Assembly: GCA_038496445.1 (NCBI GenBank)
Contig: JALMLS010000379.1
Location: forward strand, 62,001-126,000
From: Trichosphaerium sp. ATCC 40318
Taxonomy: Eukaryota; Protista; Tubulinea
Length of the DNA stretch: 64,000 nt
Direction: 5' to 3'
Numbering within the stretch: the stretch's first letter is position 1; each line of letters opens with the position of its first letter. Below are positions 25,785 to 38,800 of the stretch, piece after piece. A program made the position numbers and the translations under genes. The notes beneath the pieces are model-generated. The model was not told where the DNA came from. It was given only the letters and a program-made list of their open reading frames with translations, and searched no databases.

Positions 25785-27452
25785 TCAATCTCGTTTAGGT
25801 AAAAACCGAGCAATAGATATCTGCTCACAGTGACCAGTGCCACCTTTTTCTTTACTCATTTCGAATTTATAAGTATAGCAGTTGCCAGTAGATCCAAGGA
25901 CTACAAGCAACGTCACAAGTAAGAAAAAAAAAACCATAAAAAGGTAGTAACGTACCTATGACATTATTGTCGCCTTGAAAGGCGCATATTGATTGTGGTT
26001 CTGGTACACTAAATTGTGCAACACTCCATTCTGATCCAAGATAAGGTAGGACACCACGAAAGAATGATAAACTAAAATAACAAGTAAGAAGAAAGTCAAC
26101 CAATAGAACTATGAAAAAAAAAAAAAAAACTTCGTCAAAAAATTATGTTTACCTTGATTGTCTGTTCACTTGACCCATATTATACAAGTGGACTGTACCC
26201 TTATCTGAAGTAACACATAGTAAATTTGACTTTTCAGAGAAAGCGATACTCTAAAAACAAGGTTAACAACGTGAGTAGGAAATTTTTTTCATTTAAGTCA
26301 TGGGAACTGAGTATTACCTGAATTTCAGCTGTTTGTGCGCCTCTCCTCAACTCCTTTAATTGCTGTCCTGTACTCGTATCCCATATCCTAATAAGAGTAC
26401 CACGATCGGAGGACGTCGCAAGTAACTTCCCATCAAGACTACAAACTCCTTTAATACAACAAGAACCAACCTAACGTAAAAAGAAAAACCACAAAACGTC
26501 GAAGTGACGAATAATTAGCCAACAACAAAATGATTTTGACATTTTTTTTTCATCTAGATGAGCCAAAAAACTATGTACCTCAACGTCAACTGTGTAATAG
26601 CGTTTGTATGTGCAGGTAATATATGAGTCTGACTCGTATTATAAACAGAGATTCGGACTTCACCTATTTTATTACCAAGTGTCACAAGGACGATACTTTC
26701 TTGTTGTGCGCTTAGAGCCAATAAGCCTTATTACAGTGTTAATTAAATTGATGGCAGTTTTTGATGAATAAAATACGTTATTAGACGTGTTTGTTTAAAA
26801 GCAATGCAAGGATGATATAGCGTTAGTCAGTACGAGAAGCGCGTGTTTTTAGGATTTTGTATTTAAATTGGTACCTTTTGGGTTCTCGAATGTGTCTATC
26901 TGATCCAATAGGGATAGATCGTCCATGTTATAAATGTAAACTTTTTTCTCTAAAGCTACGGCAATTCTAGCGGTTTGAGTGTTTTATTGCATGCAGGTCC
27001 TAAAAATGGCGTACCTGTCACGTCGTAGCTTTACGCCTTTAACCCAGCTTCGAAATTCCAACTCTGCGATGCATTTACGTTGATAATCATCCCAGATCAT
27101 TACTGAAGCGTGGTTAACGGACGTTAGACGTACATAAGGATAAAGAGACGGTTAAACTTGCCTTTATTCTTCTTCTTCGAGAATTTGGGGTTTTTACCAC
27201 CTCCAACAAGTGCTATAATATTACTACGGTAGAGCATTGCCACGACACCAATTCCCCCATCGTCAAATTCTCGTTGGGGTGAGTACACTGTACTGAAACC
27301 CGTAATTAAGGCGTACCTCGCCGAAAACGGGATTTTAAAGGGTTAGTATCAAATACAAAGAAGCCATTCTCTGTGCCACAGGCAAAGCACCCATAGTCTT
27401 GATTAAACCCTACATAAAGTAGTTCGGTTTGAGGGTAAGCTGTTAAATCCAT
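25785..27452 (-). CDS. WDR45B: PROPPIN, WIPI3/Atg18-Hsv2-like WD40 protein
   Basis: [46 protein letters not shown] phosphoinositide motif, [12 protein letters not shown]; 8 introns. Confidence 0.9.
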
Positions 27453-27721
27453 TTCGAAAATTCAGCCTTACTGAATTTGACTCGCGCAGAAAACGCAAAA
27501 AAAAAAGTCAAAATAAATAAGTCTGTTTTGTAGACCCATTTTTCGGCAATCAATAGGTGATGAGAATCTTTACGTGGGTATAAAATGGGTTTAAAGGCAA
27601 TAAAGCTGTTTGACCTTTTTCTGCACTTTATTGTGCGTTCTACTGTACATTTAGGCTAAAATACGCTGCGTCATATAGCTGTCGCAACAGCACAAGTCGC
27701 AATTGTTGAGATTGTTAAAGT

Positions 27722-30700
27722 CTACGACTTAGATTCCTTTTTAAGAAACTTGGCTTTAGTAGTCTTTTCTGTCCTCCTTTTGCGTTGTGTTGGGCTTGTT
27801 GGTACATTACTATCTGGTTCAGACACTTCAAGAAGCTAAAAACAAGGTAAACAACCAGCAGGATGAAACATTTTCAAAAAAACAATAAAAAGACTGTTTT
27901 GGAATTTTGTGTCGTACTGTTGTTAATGAGTTTCGACGACTAGGTCGTCTCTTTCTTCTACCACTTTTTGAAGAAGGTTTTGATTCAGTATAACTCCTCC
28001 TCGTCCTTGGCATATCAAGTTTATGACTTGTTACAAAATTGCGAGTTGATCCAGAACGTTTTACTAACGCATGACGTTTTCCTTGACGCTCAGTCTCGCT
28101 AGTGTCACCTATCATACCCTAAAAAATGCACTCGTAAGGAAGAGAAAAAAAACATTGTTTTTCAGTTGTGGTTCTAGCTTACTTGCTGTCTGTGAGCGAA
28201 CTTAGGCTCATGGCGTCCGTCTACTGATTGTGCAGTTCTAAGCCTATCTGATCTCTTAGAAGTAGATGATGCATAACCTAATGAAGCTATTCCAGAACGT
28301 TGGCTTCTCTTTGTTTTAGGTACACTAGGAGGTGGACTACTAGGTGGCTTTGTCCTGAGGGAAAATAGTTAGAGACAAACATAAGTCAGAAAAACAATAA
28401 AGGTTCAAACCTGGACGATAATGAACCCGATCCTTCTTCATTTTTATCATCTGTACGCATAGCCATTCTCTTTTGTGTTCGAGATGTGTTATTAGCAGTT
28501 CTAGGGGTACTAGAACCACTGAGGGATCTTTCAAGAATATCAACTTCCGGTTCCGCAACTCTTGTTGTATTGATTTCTTTTATAGGTATAGCAGCCATAC
28601 GACGTTGTCTAACCTGATACTCTGGACGCTCTCTAGTCTTGCTACTTCTTGGTGACATATTTTTAATACTAAAACTCTTTGGTCTTGTTGAAGGTTTCCT
28701 TTCAACGTTCCTTGGTCGCCTCTTACGTTGTGGTGTGATTGTTCTGTCACCAGAGCTTTGTTTTATTTGAGAATAACGAGGCTCAGGCTTCTTAGTAGGT
28801 GCTGGGTTTTGAGGTGCATAATCACCTTCTTCGTCTTCTTCTGTAAGCGTTGGGAGCCTATAAAACTTTGTAAGAAAGCTAGAAAATGACAAAAAACTGT
28901 TTGAAATAAAAATAGATAAAATAGGTTCGTACATATTCTTAGGTCCTCTACGCCGTAACACACGTCGTACTCTTTTAATATTTTGCGGTGCACCACCTCC
29001 TCTCTTCTTAGGAGCACTTCTTGGACCTCCTGATCGCCTTCTGCGTTTACCGCTGAACCTGTTCTTGTGCTTTCGAGCACGATCGTCGATGATGAACTTT
29101 AAAGTTGATCAATACATAGAGGTATGAAAAAAAGAAAAAAAAGACTTACAGCGCCCTGACTGTTAGGTCCGAAATGAGAGGATATTTTAATAGGTTTAAT
29201 TGGCTTCTCCGGTTTAGGAGCAATAACCTCTTCTTTCGGTTCAGTTATACAGTGATCGCCTTGGGCGAGCTTTTTAACATCAACACTCGATAGAGTTCTA
29301 AACAGTTTGATTAGGACTTGTTTAACAAACTCTTGTACATACCTTGCTGTAAACAAAGAATGATGAGTCGGTAGTGCATAATAAGCTACAGTAGTAGACG
29401 TTGGTGTCTGTACACGAAACTTTAGAGTATACAGCTGAGGAACAGTTGGATTGATATCGATCTACAATCAGTTGTTAGTTAAAAATAAATCCACATAACT
29501 AAATTACCAATCCTGATATAACTACACGTGTTGTACTAGATCGCTTCCCGAGGGTATCAAAAATAGCAATCTCAGTATTGTTATTTGCCTTTGCAGTATG
29601 GGCCATTTGACGTATAAGATCACGTGAAATGTGAACAGTTTGAGTTTTGCTGCATCCAGGTATTGGTCCAATGATTGCAGCAAAGGCTATTGTTGAATGA
29701 TACTTTCCAACAACAATCTCATATCCAACGCCAGTAAACTGGCGTCTATCATTTATCATATCATCAGCATGAGTCTCCCAAATGAGAGGCGTGATGATCA
29801 GTTGATTTTCAGCAACAAAATTTGCAGGTGGCGGTTTATACGCATTGTCAATGTATTTGACTTGTACGCTTGATTTATTGCCTACAACGTCGCAAGCAAA
29901 CAGCCGTAAATACAATGGTAGTGGTAGAGTAACAGGAAGACTAAAAGAGGCATGAGAACTTGAAAAAACGCAAAAACAAAGGGTACCGTTCTTTCATAAT
30001 CTTAGAAGCAGGTAATGGTGCGTTGATTGTTATATACAAGCTGACAGTAGCTGTGACTATCTGTAATGGTTTAAGATATATTATACCATCAACATCATCA
30101 TCTACATCTCTAATAAAGTTGAAGGAAATATCAGTATGCTCAACTTTGTTCCTACGGACAAGTTAGTTTCAAAAAAGAAAGTCAATGTTTATTTACCATA
30201 CTGCCATGTCGTCTTTGCCTTTAACCAAATACTCTCCCCATAGACAGTGTAACGGTATTGGCTCGCCATCACTACATTTGTTTCGAATCTCAATAGGAAC
30301 CTGCGAACGAAGTATTAGTATTGTTTCTATCTAGAAAGGGCACTATCATACCTTGCAACATAGAAAGTGTTTATGGGCATGACGATCTGGTGATACAAGT
30401 TGTTGCTTTAGAAAGAGTTAGTTTAAAAATGGCACATGTATATTTTAAGATAACGAACCTCTTCTTCATCAAAAAGCTGATAAGGTACATGTAATATTTG
30501 AATGTTTGATCCACTAATATACGATATATTTATAGTTTTAGATTCATCAGCCAATGGCTCAGTAGGTTCAATTTCAGGATCCATACTTATCCACCGCTAA
30601 TTTGTTTTTAATGATTTCAATCTTTTTAAGAGTACTCTGTTTGTACCTCCATAACTTTTTCAAATCTAGTCCCTTCATAGTTAGGTTGAGGTATTTCATA

Positions 30701-33700
30701 GCATCCCTCTGAAGGCACCAAGTTCGGTACATGTATTGTCTTTACAGATCCAAGAGTAAATCCATCTTCATCAACATTAAACGCAACATGCTACAAGGAT
30801 GTTAAACAAAAAACACTATAATTGCTAACATAAAAAAGAGTTTTGTAATACTATTACTGTGCCTAGTACCTTTGTTGTTGGTTCAATATCCGACACACAT
30901 TTAAGTGACATTAACAATCCACATATCCTGTTGTCTTTACTAAATGTCCATTTTACTGATACACTCCACTGACCATTTACATCAGTCTTATTAATTATAC
31001 TAGCTTGATTCTCATCATTTGGAATAGCTAGAACTTGAGCTGGAGAGAACTCACCAAAAAACACAGGCCAATCGAGAAAGTACTTTACAACAACGTATAG
31101 GTTGCCTCCCTAAAAGAAAAAGAGTCAGAGCTTGAATGTATCCGCCTAACATACAGCTGTCAACCCACAACTGACACGTTTGTGTGGTCGTTCATCATCG
31201 GCAAAGTCTTCAAGGTCAAGTGATGTCCATTTGGTTTCTTTGTCACGTTTATGTGGGTCAGCCCATAAGAAATACGCTGGATACTCATATTCAGTGTGAT
31301 GATCGCACATATGTGCTCCTTGTGTGCATCCGCTGTCAATAAGATCAAGCCAATGACCTTCTTTTTTACAACAATGACACTGCCAAACCTTTCCACGAGA
31401 AACAATACGCTCAAAAGGACCACTATGATATCTACAAGCTCTTGAACTAAAAGAAATAATTTAGGACATTGAGTTAAAAATACCAACAACGTACTGGTTA
31501 TTTGCATGCTTGTATTTTTGACTACATTGAACACATGTAAGTTCTTCCTCTACTCTTTCAAAATCACGCATCTCTAAACGTGGCTAAACAACTATTAGTA
31601 CGAAATGCATCTTTGGATTTGTACCGTGATAGGTGTTCGAGGAACACTTGTAATATTACAGAAATTAGGAGCAGTATTTGTAAGAGATGCTCTGTCTGGA
31701 GTGTCATCTTGTGACAGTGTCATACTTAGTTCTTTAAGATGCGGTAGCTCTATTGCATACGTTAGCAAACCATCACAAGTGATACCGTGACTTACTACTA
31801 AGAAGCCCAGACACAGCCTGAGGTGTAATCTTTGGGCAACTACCAAGATCAAGAGAACGTAATCCTTTGTGTTTCTCAATATCAACAAGAATCCTATTCG
31901 TTATACGCCTGCAGTTTCTTACTGACATTGAGGTTAACTGACCTGCTGTATCAGATAGCATAAACGATACAGCTTCATCAGATAAAACATCACCACAATT
32001 GGCAAAGTTTAGGAATGATATACGTTTATAAGAAGGATGATCTTTAAGTGCTTGCCGAACTGTAGCGTGAGGCGCATGAAAAGCTGCCAGTAGTATCTAA
32101 AAATATACATTCAATACTCTTAATCAAGCCAAAGGCATGCTTTTATCGAACCTTGGCTAACTCTTTGCCTTGATGCTTGAAAACTTGGCGCATCTTTGCA
32201 TTAAAGTATGCTGGGTCTAATCGTATTGTTTGTATAAAAAGTGTGCCAGCACGTTTCATTAATTCTTCAAAGGACGGTTCCTACAATAAAATTCATAAGA
32301 AAACTACAAATATATGTTTGGTGAAGTTAATCATTCATCTTGTTCAGAAATTGACTTTTCAAATTAATGTTACGTACCAGATCTACAACACCTTTTTCTG
32401 CTTCAACACGTGTTAGTACACCCCATTCTGTGAGTGTACGGCCCCAGTAGTATAAAAGATCCGGACGAAGGGAATTCAGAGAATAACCAAGTTCAAAAAC
32501 GGAGTTGGCTTGACGAAGTAGTTGAAATGCATCACGCTCAGCTTCCTTTGCGCGTCTATACATTAATTTACTCCACGAAACAAGTACCATCGAACAATTA
32601 GGTGAAGTACCAACAGCCTAAAGAAGACATTAACAAAATAACTTACCAACGATAAAAAAAAAGGTACTTGTTGCATCTTTTGGTTAGCAATTTTCCACAA
32701 CCGTGCAGCTGCATGGTTTTCTGTATCTCTACGTGTAGCACAAAGAATATTAGTAAACCCTTCAGCTATGTAACCAAGAGGTGATTTCTAGGCGAAAGAC
32801 ATAAATATACAGAGGATAGGCGCAATCAATCTAACCTTAACAACAGGCTTGATGCCCAGAATATCCAGAGGTACAAACTGAAAAGTATCCGGAGAGGCTT
32901 TTAAAGCATCTAAGGCTACAGGCTCAAAACTTATGCCTAGTGAAGACTCAAGACGTTTAATTAATAGATATCTTAAATTAAAGCATAAGTATGAGTTGTA
33001 GAGGCACTATTGTAAAACGTACTTGTCAATATGGTGTTGGATATCGAGATCTTCAAGTTGATCAATCTTTTGTCTTATATTTCTAACTTGAAATTCGCTT
33101 TCCTCAAACTGACCAGCAAGCATTGGTGGCATCTTTCTATAAACCAATGCATTTGACATATTAATTTCGAATTCATGTGAACGTGTATGATTACGAGTTA
33201 TATAACAATCATTACATAGATCGAAATGAGGGCATTTGGTACATGACCACCTTCAAAAAAAACTTTAAATGACTTTACATTGGTACAAGTAAAAAAAAAG
33301 CAAAGCCTTACCTTGGTCCTGCGAATGCAGTTTTACCGCATTGATGACAAGAACAAATATTTACATATCTCCTATAATTCGCTAGCGTATCATGTACTCT
33401 TACCATATATTCTTTTTGAGGAGATTTTAAATAACAGTTATGACACATGTCAATAGTTCGAAAGTTCCATCTAATACCATGAACAGGATTCATACCACAA
33501 CGATGACATTTGACTTTATAATGTACATTACAACTATTGTAATTAGTAAAATTGAGTATAAATAAAAATAATAACATACCTAGCATTATCATAGGCAATA
33601 TCGGCTAACATGAATTTTGAAACCATTTGAGCTTTTATGACATGTTTCCAGAATTCATCAGACAACATACCATTACCAAGTATTAACGATAGCTGATCTA

Positions 33701-35394
33701 GTAGTATATCTACTAGTGGTTTATCTCTGACTGACATGGACTCTTCCTTTACTTCACGCCACTGTCTTCGAACACTATTCTTTATAACACGTGAAACAAT
33801 TTCTGTTAAAATGATACAGCTTTAAAAATCATGAGTACACCAAAAAATGAGTGTCATAGTGTACCGTAATTTTGGAGATGCAATTTGGCACCATATAGTA
33901 AGAAGCCATCGTATATTTATGCCTGTACTATGGAGTTTCTGTGTAAGAGAAGTTATCCACTGGAGAGCATCAGGGCTTGACTCTTTTGCAAAATCTGATT
34001 CTATTTTATGTACAAACGTTGGAATCACCTATTTTTCATTTGTCAACGTTAACACTAGCATTATTAAGCCTTACTTCATTTAATAAATATTTTGTTGATT
34101 TAAGTACTTCCTTGTTATGTTGCTGAGAGTAAGGATCGTTGGCTTGATAGGCACTAAAAAATATTTTAGCATGATCCTACTATTATTTATGTTGAAATAC
34201 AAAATTGTACCTGAATGCATCAGAGCACACTGCAACCCCTATTTTCTGCACAAGTTCGGGTCGCAACAGGCGCGTATATATACCGACCGTTGGACGTCTG
34301 TGAGAAGGTGCTTCAACAGGAAAAACTCGACCAGCACCAATTACTACATATCCGCCATTTTGCCATGGCTCATGGACCTCACAATCAGCTGCTGAGTATA
34401 TGTACATTTTTTTAACTAAGTGTCCTTTGATATTTAAACTCTTTGCTGCCTTTAAAAAGTATGCAATTAGACTTACAAGCTAATACAACAAATGATAAAC
34501 AATATTAACATTACCTGCTTCATCTTATGATTCAGGCCGGGTAGATCAGCATGTATTGTTGTGCCCTTATCCATTGAACCATACCTTAGAGTATCACGCC
34601 CAATGGGTACTACAGCAGAAGCTACAAAAATAGTTAATCAGTGTTTTTAAATAACAACAATTCTTACCTAAAATACGAAAACCATGAAAATCAATAATAC
34701 ACATAATAGGCGTAATTAAATCGGGTATTGAGCAAAGTTGGTAACTAATCCCACCCCTGTGCATCGAAATTAGCGCTTTAAAACATTTAAAAAAGTTATG
34801 GTTTGTTCCAAAAACAGAAAAAACACAAAAGGATTCAAACTTGCCTAAATACACTGCTTGCCGCTTTTACGGCGTTGTCGTCACCTGAGTACTGACCGTA
34901 CGTATCACGACTTACCTACTCGATTTGTAAACAAACAAAACGCTGGTAGGAACGGCGTACTTTGAATATAATGCCATGATAACAGTACTTCCATTCACCC
35001 TCACTGATAGGCAAAAAGCTATTTTCGTTGGTATACAGTTGCGTAATGATACGTTTTGCAGTGGTTTCAGCTACATTGTTAAATTCTCGATATAGTTTGG
35101 CAATTTGCTCCCATTTTGAGACATTTGTGTCGCGTTTACGTAGTAGGGCTCTGTACCGCCCCATCCATTGATATTCGTCATTGGGAAGCGTTGTTTGTCC
35201 TAATGCAACCGGTGTACGTTGTAACGCACTGAGGGTGTCATCTGAGGCACAAAAACATTAACTTTCCATTTAGTTCAATTTGAAAGTAAACACATTCCAG
35301 TTCAACACTAACGCATACCTGTGCCCGATGTCCTGGAGCTTTCAAACCCGCTAGAGTTTGAGAAGTAGTCTAAGGCACTATCTGACTCTGCCAT
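27722..35394 (-). CDS. Large multidomain protein: Clu domain with inserted ZZ-ZZ, TPR-like helices, LRRs, Cys/His zinc-finger-like region and basic disordered tail
   Basis: Continuous spliced frame: GIIFK..AVKAAS..PIMCIIDFHGFRIL..YGSMDKG..RVFPVEAP..LLRPELV..SDAFS (Clu); two CxxC..RWxC..DLCxxCY fingers; LRSLDLGSCPKIT; CVQC..CRYHSG..CC..GC..H; R/S-rich tail. Confidence 0.8.
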
Positions 35395-35834
35395 TTGCCA
35401 TCGAGGTGATGTCCGTAAGATGTCCTACCGTCAAACAATGCGTGTTTTTAGAACGGTGTTGACCTGCCAGATTAAGAGCCACCAGACGTCACGAAGGGGA
35501 AAAAAAGTGAATGATAGCGCCATATCTGCTGATATAGCGCATTATTTGGCTTAACTGTTTACAAAAGAGTTTTTGAAGCGGAGCGTTACTAGTGTTACTA
35601 TTGCTCCCAAAGGCGCAATCAATACGCGGATTGAGTTATCGTAGTTTTGCGCAATTGCTACCGTTTTTTTTGAAACTTGACTTAGCCGTCAAAAATAGCT
35701 AGTTAGGCCGTGTTGCAGCATTACAACCACCAGGGAATTTGCATGTTCTACTGCTAATTTACAATTGTTTTAATTGTCTTGTGTTGAGTGATTTCGTTGA
35801 GCGAGGTTGTTTTAACCCTATTGCTGTCACAACG

Positions 35835-38800
35835 ATGGGTACGTATATTAATGAGGCTGCAGAGTATTTTAACGCTCCCAGAAAAACCCTCAAAGAAAGA
35901 AAAGAAAAGCAAGAGCAAGCGGAACAAAAATGGGAGTAGCAGCCAAAAGAGCGGTACCACTATTGGTGGCATGTTCAAAAACGCATTTACAAAAGGTAAA
36001 TACCTGACACAAACGACAACAGCACTAGCAACTGTTCTCAGCGCGATTATCGGTTGCGGTTCATTTTACAAAGCTGTATTTCATATTTACCATACTGAAC
36101 TTTAATAAGGAAGTCCAACGTCAACAACGGTATCTGCAGACGGCCTAGACGGTGCTATATCGAAAACCAGTCCGCAACCATGGAGGTCGAATAGTGACGG
36201 TAGGAGTGGTTTGCGTGCAGCAAGGCGCAGTCCACAAGGTTTTGTCAAAGGTACATATCGTAACAGTTGTTTCTGTTTTTTTTGGCTAACACCTCAAAAG
36301 ATTGGCAAGCTAAACCGAAAGTTATTTCCAGAATCGGTACTGTCGACCAAGAAGCCCTAATACGTATGTTTACAACAGCAATTTTTTTCAAATTAGACCA
36401 AAAAAAACTGGCTTCACAGCGGGTTTTTTGTACAAACAAGCGCTGTTGCGTGTATAGTACAGTGTTCTTTATGTTCATGTGAATTCTATTCGTTTATTTG
36501 CAAAATACACAGTTATTTTCCTTAAACCTCATTTTCATAATGTAATATCGCGTAGGTGACTGTGCCGCTTGTAGTACAGCGCTTAGGGAGGTTTGGAAGC
36601 GATTAGAGCGCTCAGAAGATGTAGAAGAATTTGTTGCTTTGCACGACCTTATCGAGCATTCTCTTGGTATGGTTGCAAAAATAACTAGTCCAGACAATGA
36701 AGAAGAGTTCTTGTACGTTGCATTATCTGTTTTAGGCAATTATTAAACTCCTTACTGCCCTTTCCTTGTATTGTATTGCTAATGCAGTTTAGGCGCGAAT
36801 TAATGACTTTTCGGGCTGTACTCACTGAATGGAAAACGGAAGTATTGCGTTTAGCTGATGTTGAGAAACTACGGTATTGTTTAGCATCGCCTCATCGTAG
36901 GCGCAAGATTGCGCGTAATAATTCTCGTGTATATAAGTAAGTGGAATTGCTAAATAACTGCGCTTCGTGGTGCGAAACTTAATACTTTTTTTTTTTCCCT
37001 TAGGGAATTGAAGATTGTGCTCATGTTAGCTGGGTTATCAGATAAATTAGATTCTACACCTGCACAGCTACAACGAACAGAATCAGTGAGTGTAATTACA
37101 TCTACTGAGGTAACGCATTGCCATGACCACTTATGTTATTTTGGTTGTACTAATTTATGCTTTGCGAAACAGGGTTTTGAGTTTTGGATGAAATCGTTTA
37201 AAAAAGGTGATTTGGTCATGGTGGCTTGGCAACGTTTTAGTAAAGCGTACAGAAAATTTATAGGTTAGTTGTGTTTTTTTTGTTTTTACTGGGCCTGTTC
37301 TATTTTAGAAAAAGCTCCCACATTGCAATAATATATTATTTACAACAGGGTCAGGCAAGGCATTTTCTCCCGCTGATGAGATGCTTCTTAAACTCGTATT
37401 GGACAATGGAAATACAGGCTATGTAACGCCTAGGCGGTTCTCTGATTTGTTAAAGGCGTTTGCGCCAATGTCACAGTCTCTGGAGAAAGTTAAAGCTGTG
37501 TTTGAACAAAAATGGTTTCAAGGGTTTTTATCAGTTGAAGAAGTAGTCCATTTGCTCTCAGATCAGTGCGTTTTAATGCCTACGGTTTTTTATGTGTATT
37601 TTTACTCATGTGTTCATAAAGGGCGAAAGGCACATTTCTCGTTCGCTTCAGTAAATCGCGAACTGACTCATTTGCCTTGGAATATGTCGAATCCAAGGGA
37701 AAGATACGCACAGTAAAGATTTTAAATTGTCAACCACAAGGAGTTGAAGTAGAGCAAGATAATGATATGTCTAAGCGATTTAAGAGCTTGACAGCGCTCA
37801 TTCAACATTATCCGTTCCTAAAGCGGCCATTCTTTTCAGATATATTACAACAGCAGTACGTTTGTTTATTGCTTGTTGTTAGTTTCATACACTCAATTCG
37901 CTTTTAGTTGGTTCAAGGGTGATATGGGAAAGGAAGAGGCAGAAGAACTTCTTGAACCTACACCGCCAGGCACTTTTATGATTCGCTTGAGCGAGTTTGG
38001 TACAAATCATTTTCTTGTGTGTTCGTATGTGAACAGACAACGTAGAATCAAACATGTGTTGCTTCAAAAGGTAAATTATTATCCTGTAATTTTTTTTGTC
38101 AAAACCAGGCTCTAGAATTGCCTAATTTTGTTTTAGGTTCGATCGGGTTATGTTCAGAAGCGTATAGACGAAACAGCTAAGAAATCTGATGTAATTTACC
38201 CAACAATTGGTGATTTTATTAAACATCATCACCAACAACTATGTTATAATTATGACCCGGAAGGTGTTCCCTCCTTACCAGTTGTGCCATTTCAAAGGTA
38301 ACGTGTACCAAACTTTTCCAAACACATTAGAAAATTACTAATTGATCGTTTAGTGGAAAAAAGGTTGAGATTGTTGCGCCTACGGATAAGGGTGGAGGCG
38401 ACAAGTCTACACTAGGTACATAATATGTTTTCTCACATGCGTTAACAATTAAACAAAGGCGATGCTGTGTGCGCTCATTCTGTAGCTACTTATCCTTGTA
38501 ATTCTTTGGGTTATCAAGTGATGTGTGATTACTATCGTTTAGCTATTACAGGCAATAGGTACGCTTTAATCTTTTCTTTTTATACATTTCTAATATATAT
38601 AGAACTGTCTTTGCATTGGCTGACGGTTGTAACTGGGGACTACGTCCTCGTGAAGCTGCGATTCGTGCATCTAAGGCTTTTGTAAATTTCTTGGCTGAGC
38701 GTCAAGATTCTATTAATCATACTCTTGATGCAAAGCATTTTATGCTTCGTGCGCTATCTAAAGCGCATGAAAAGATTGTAGAAGGTCAAGAGAGCATCTG

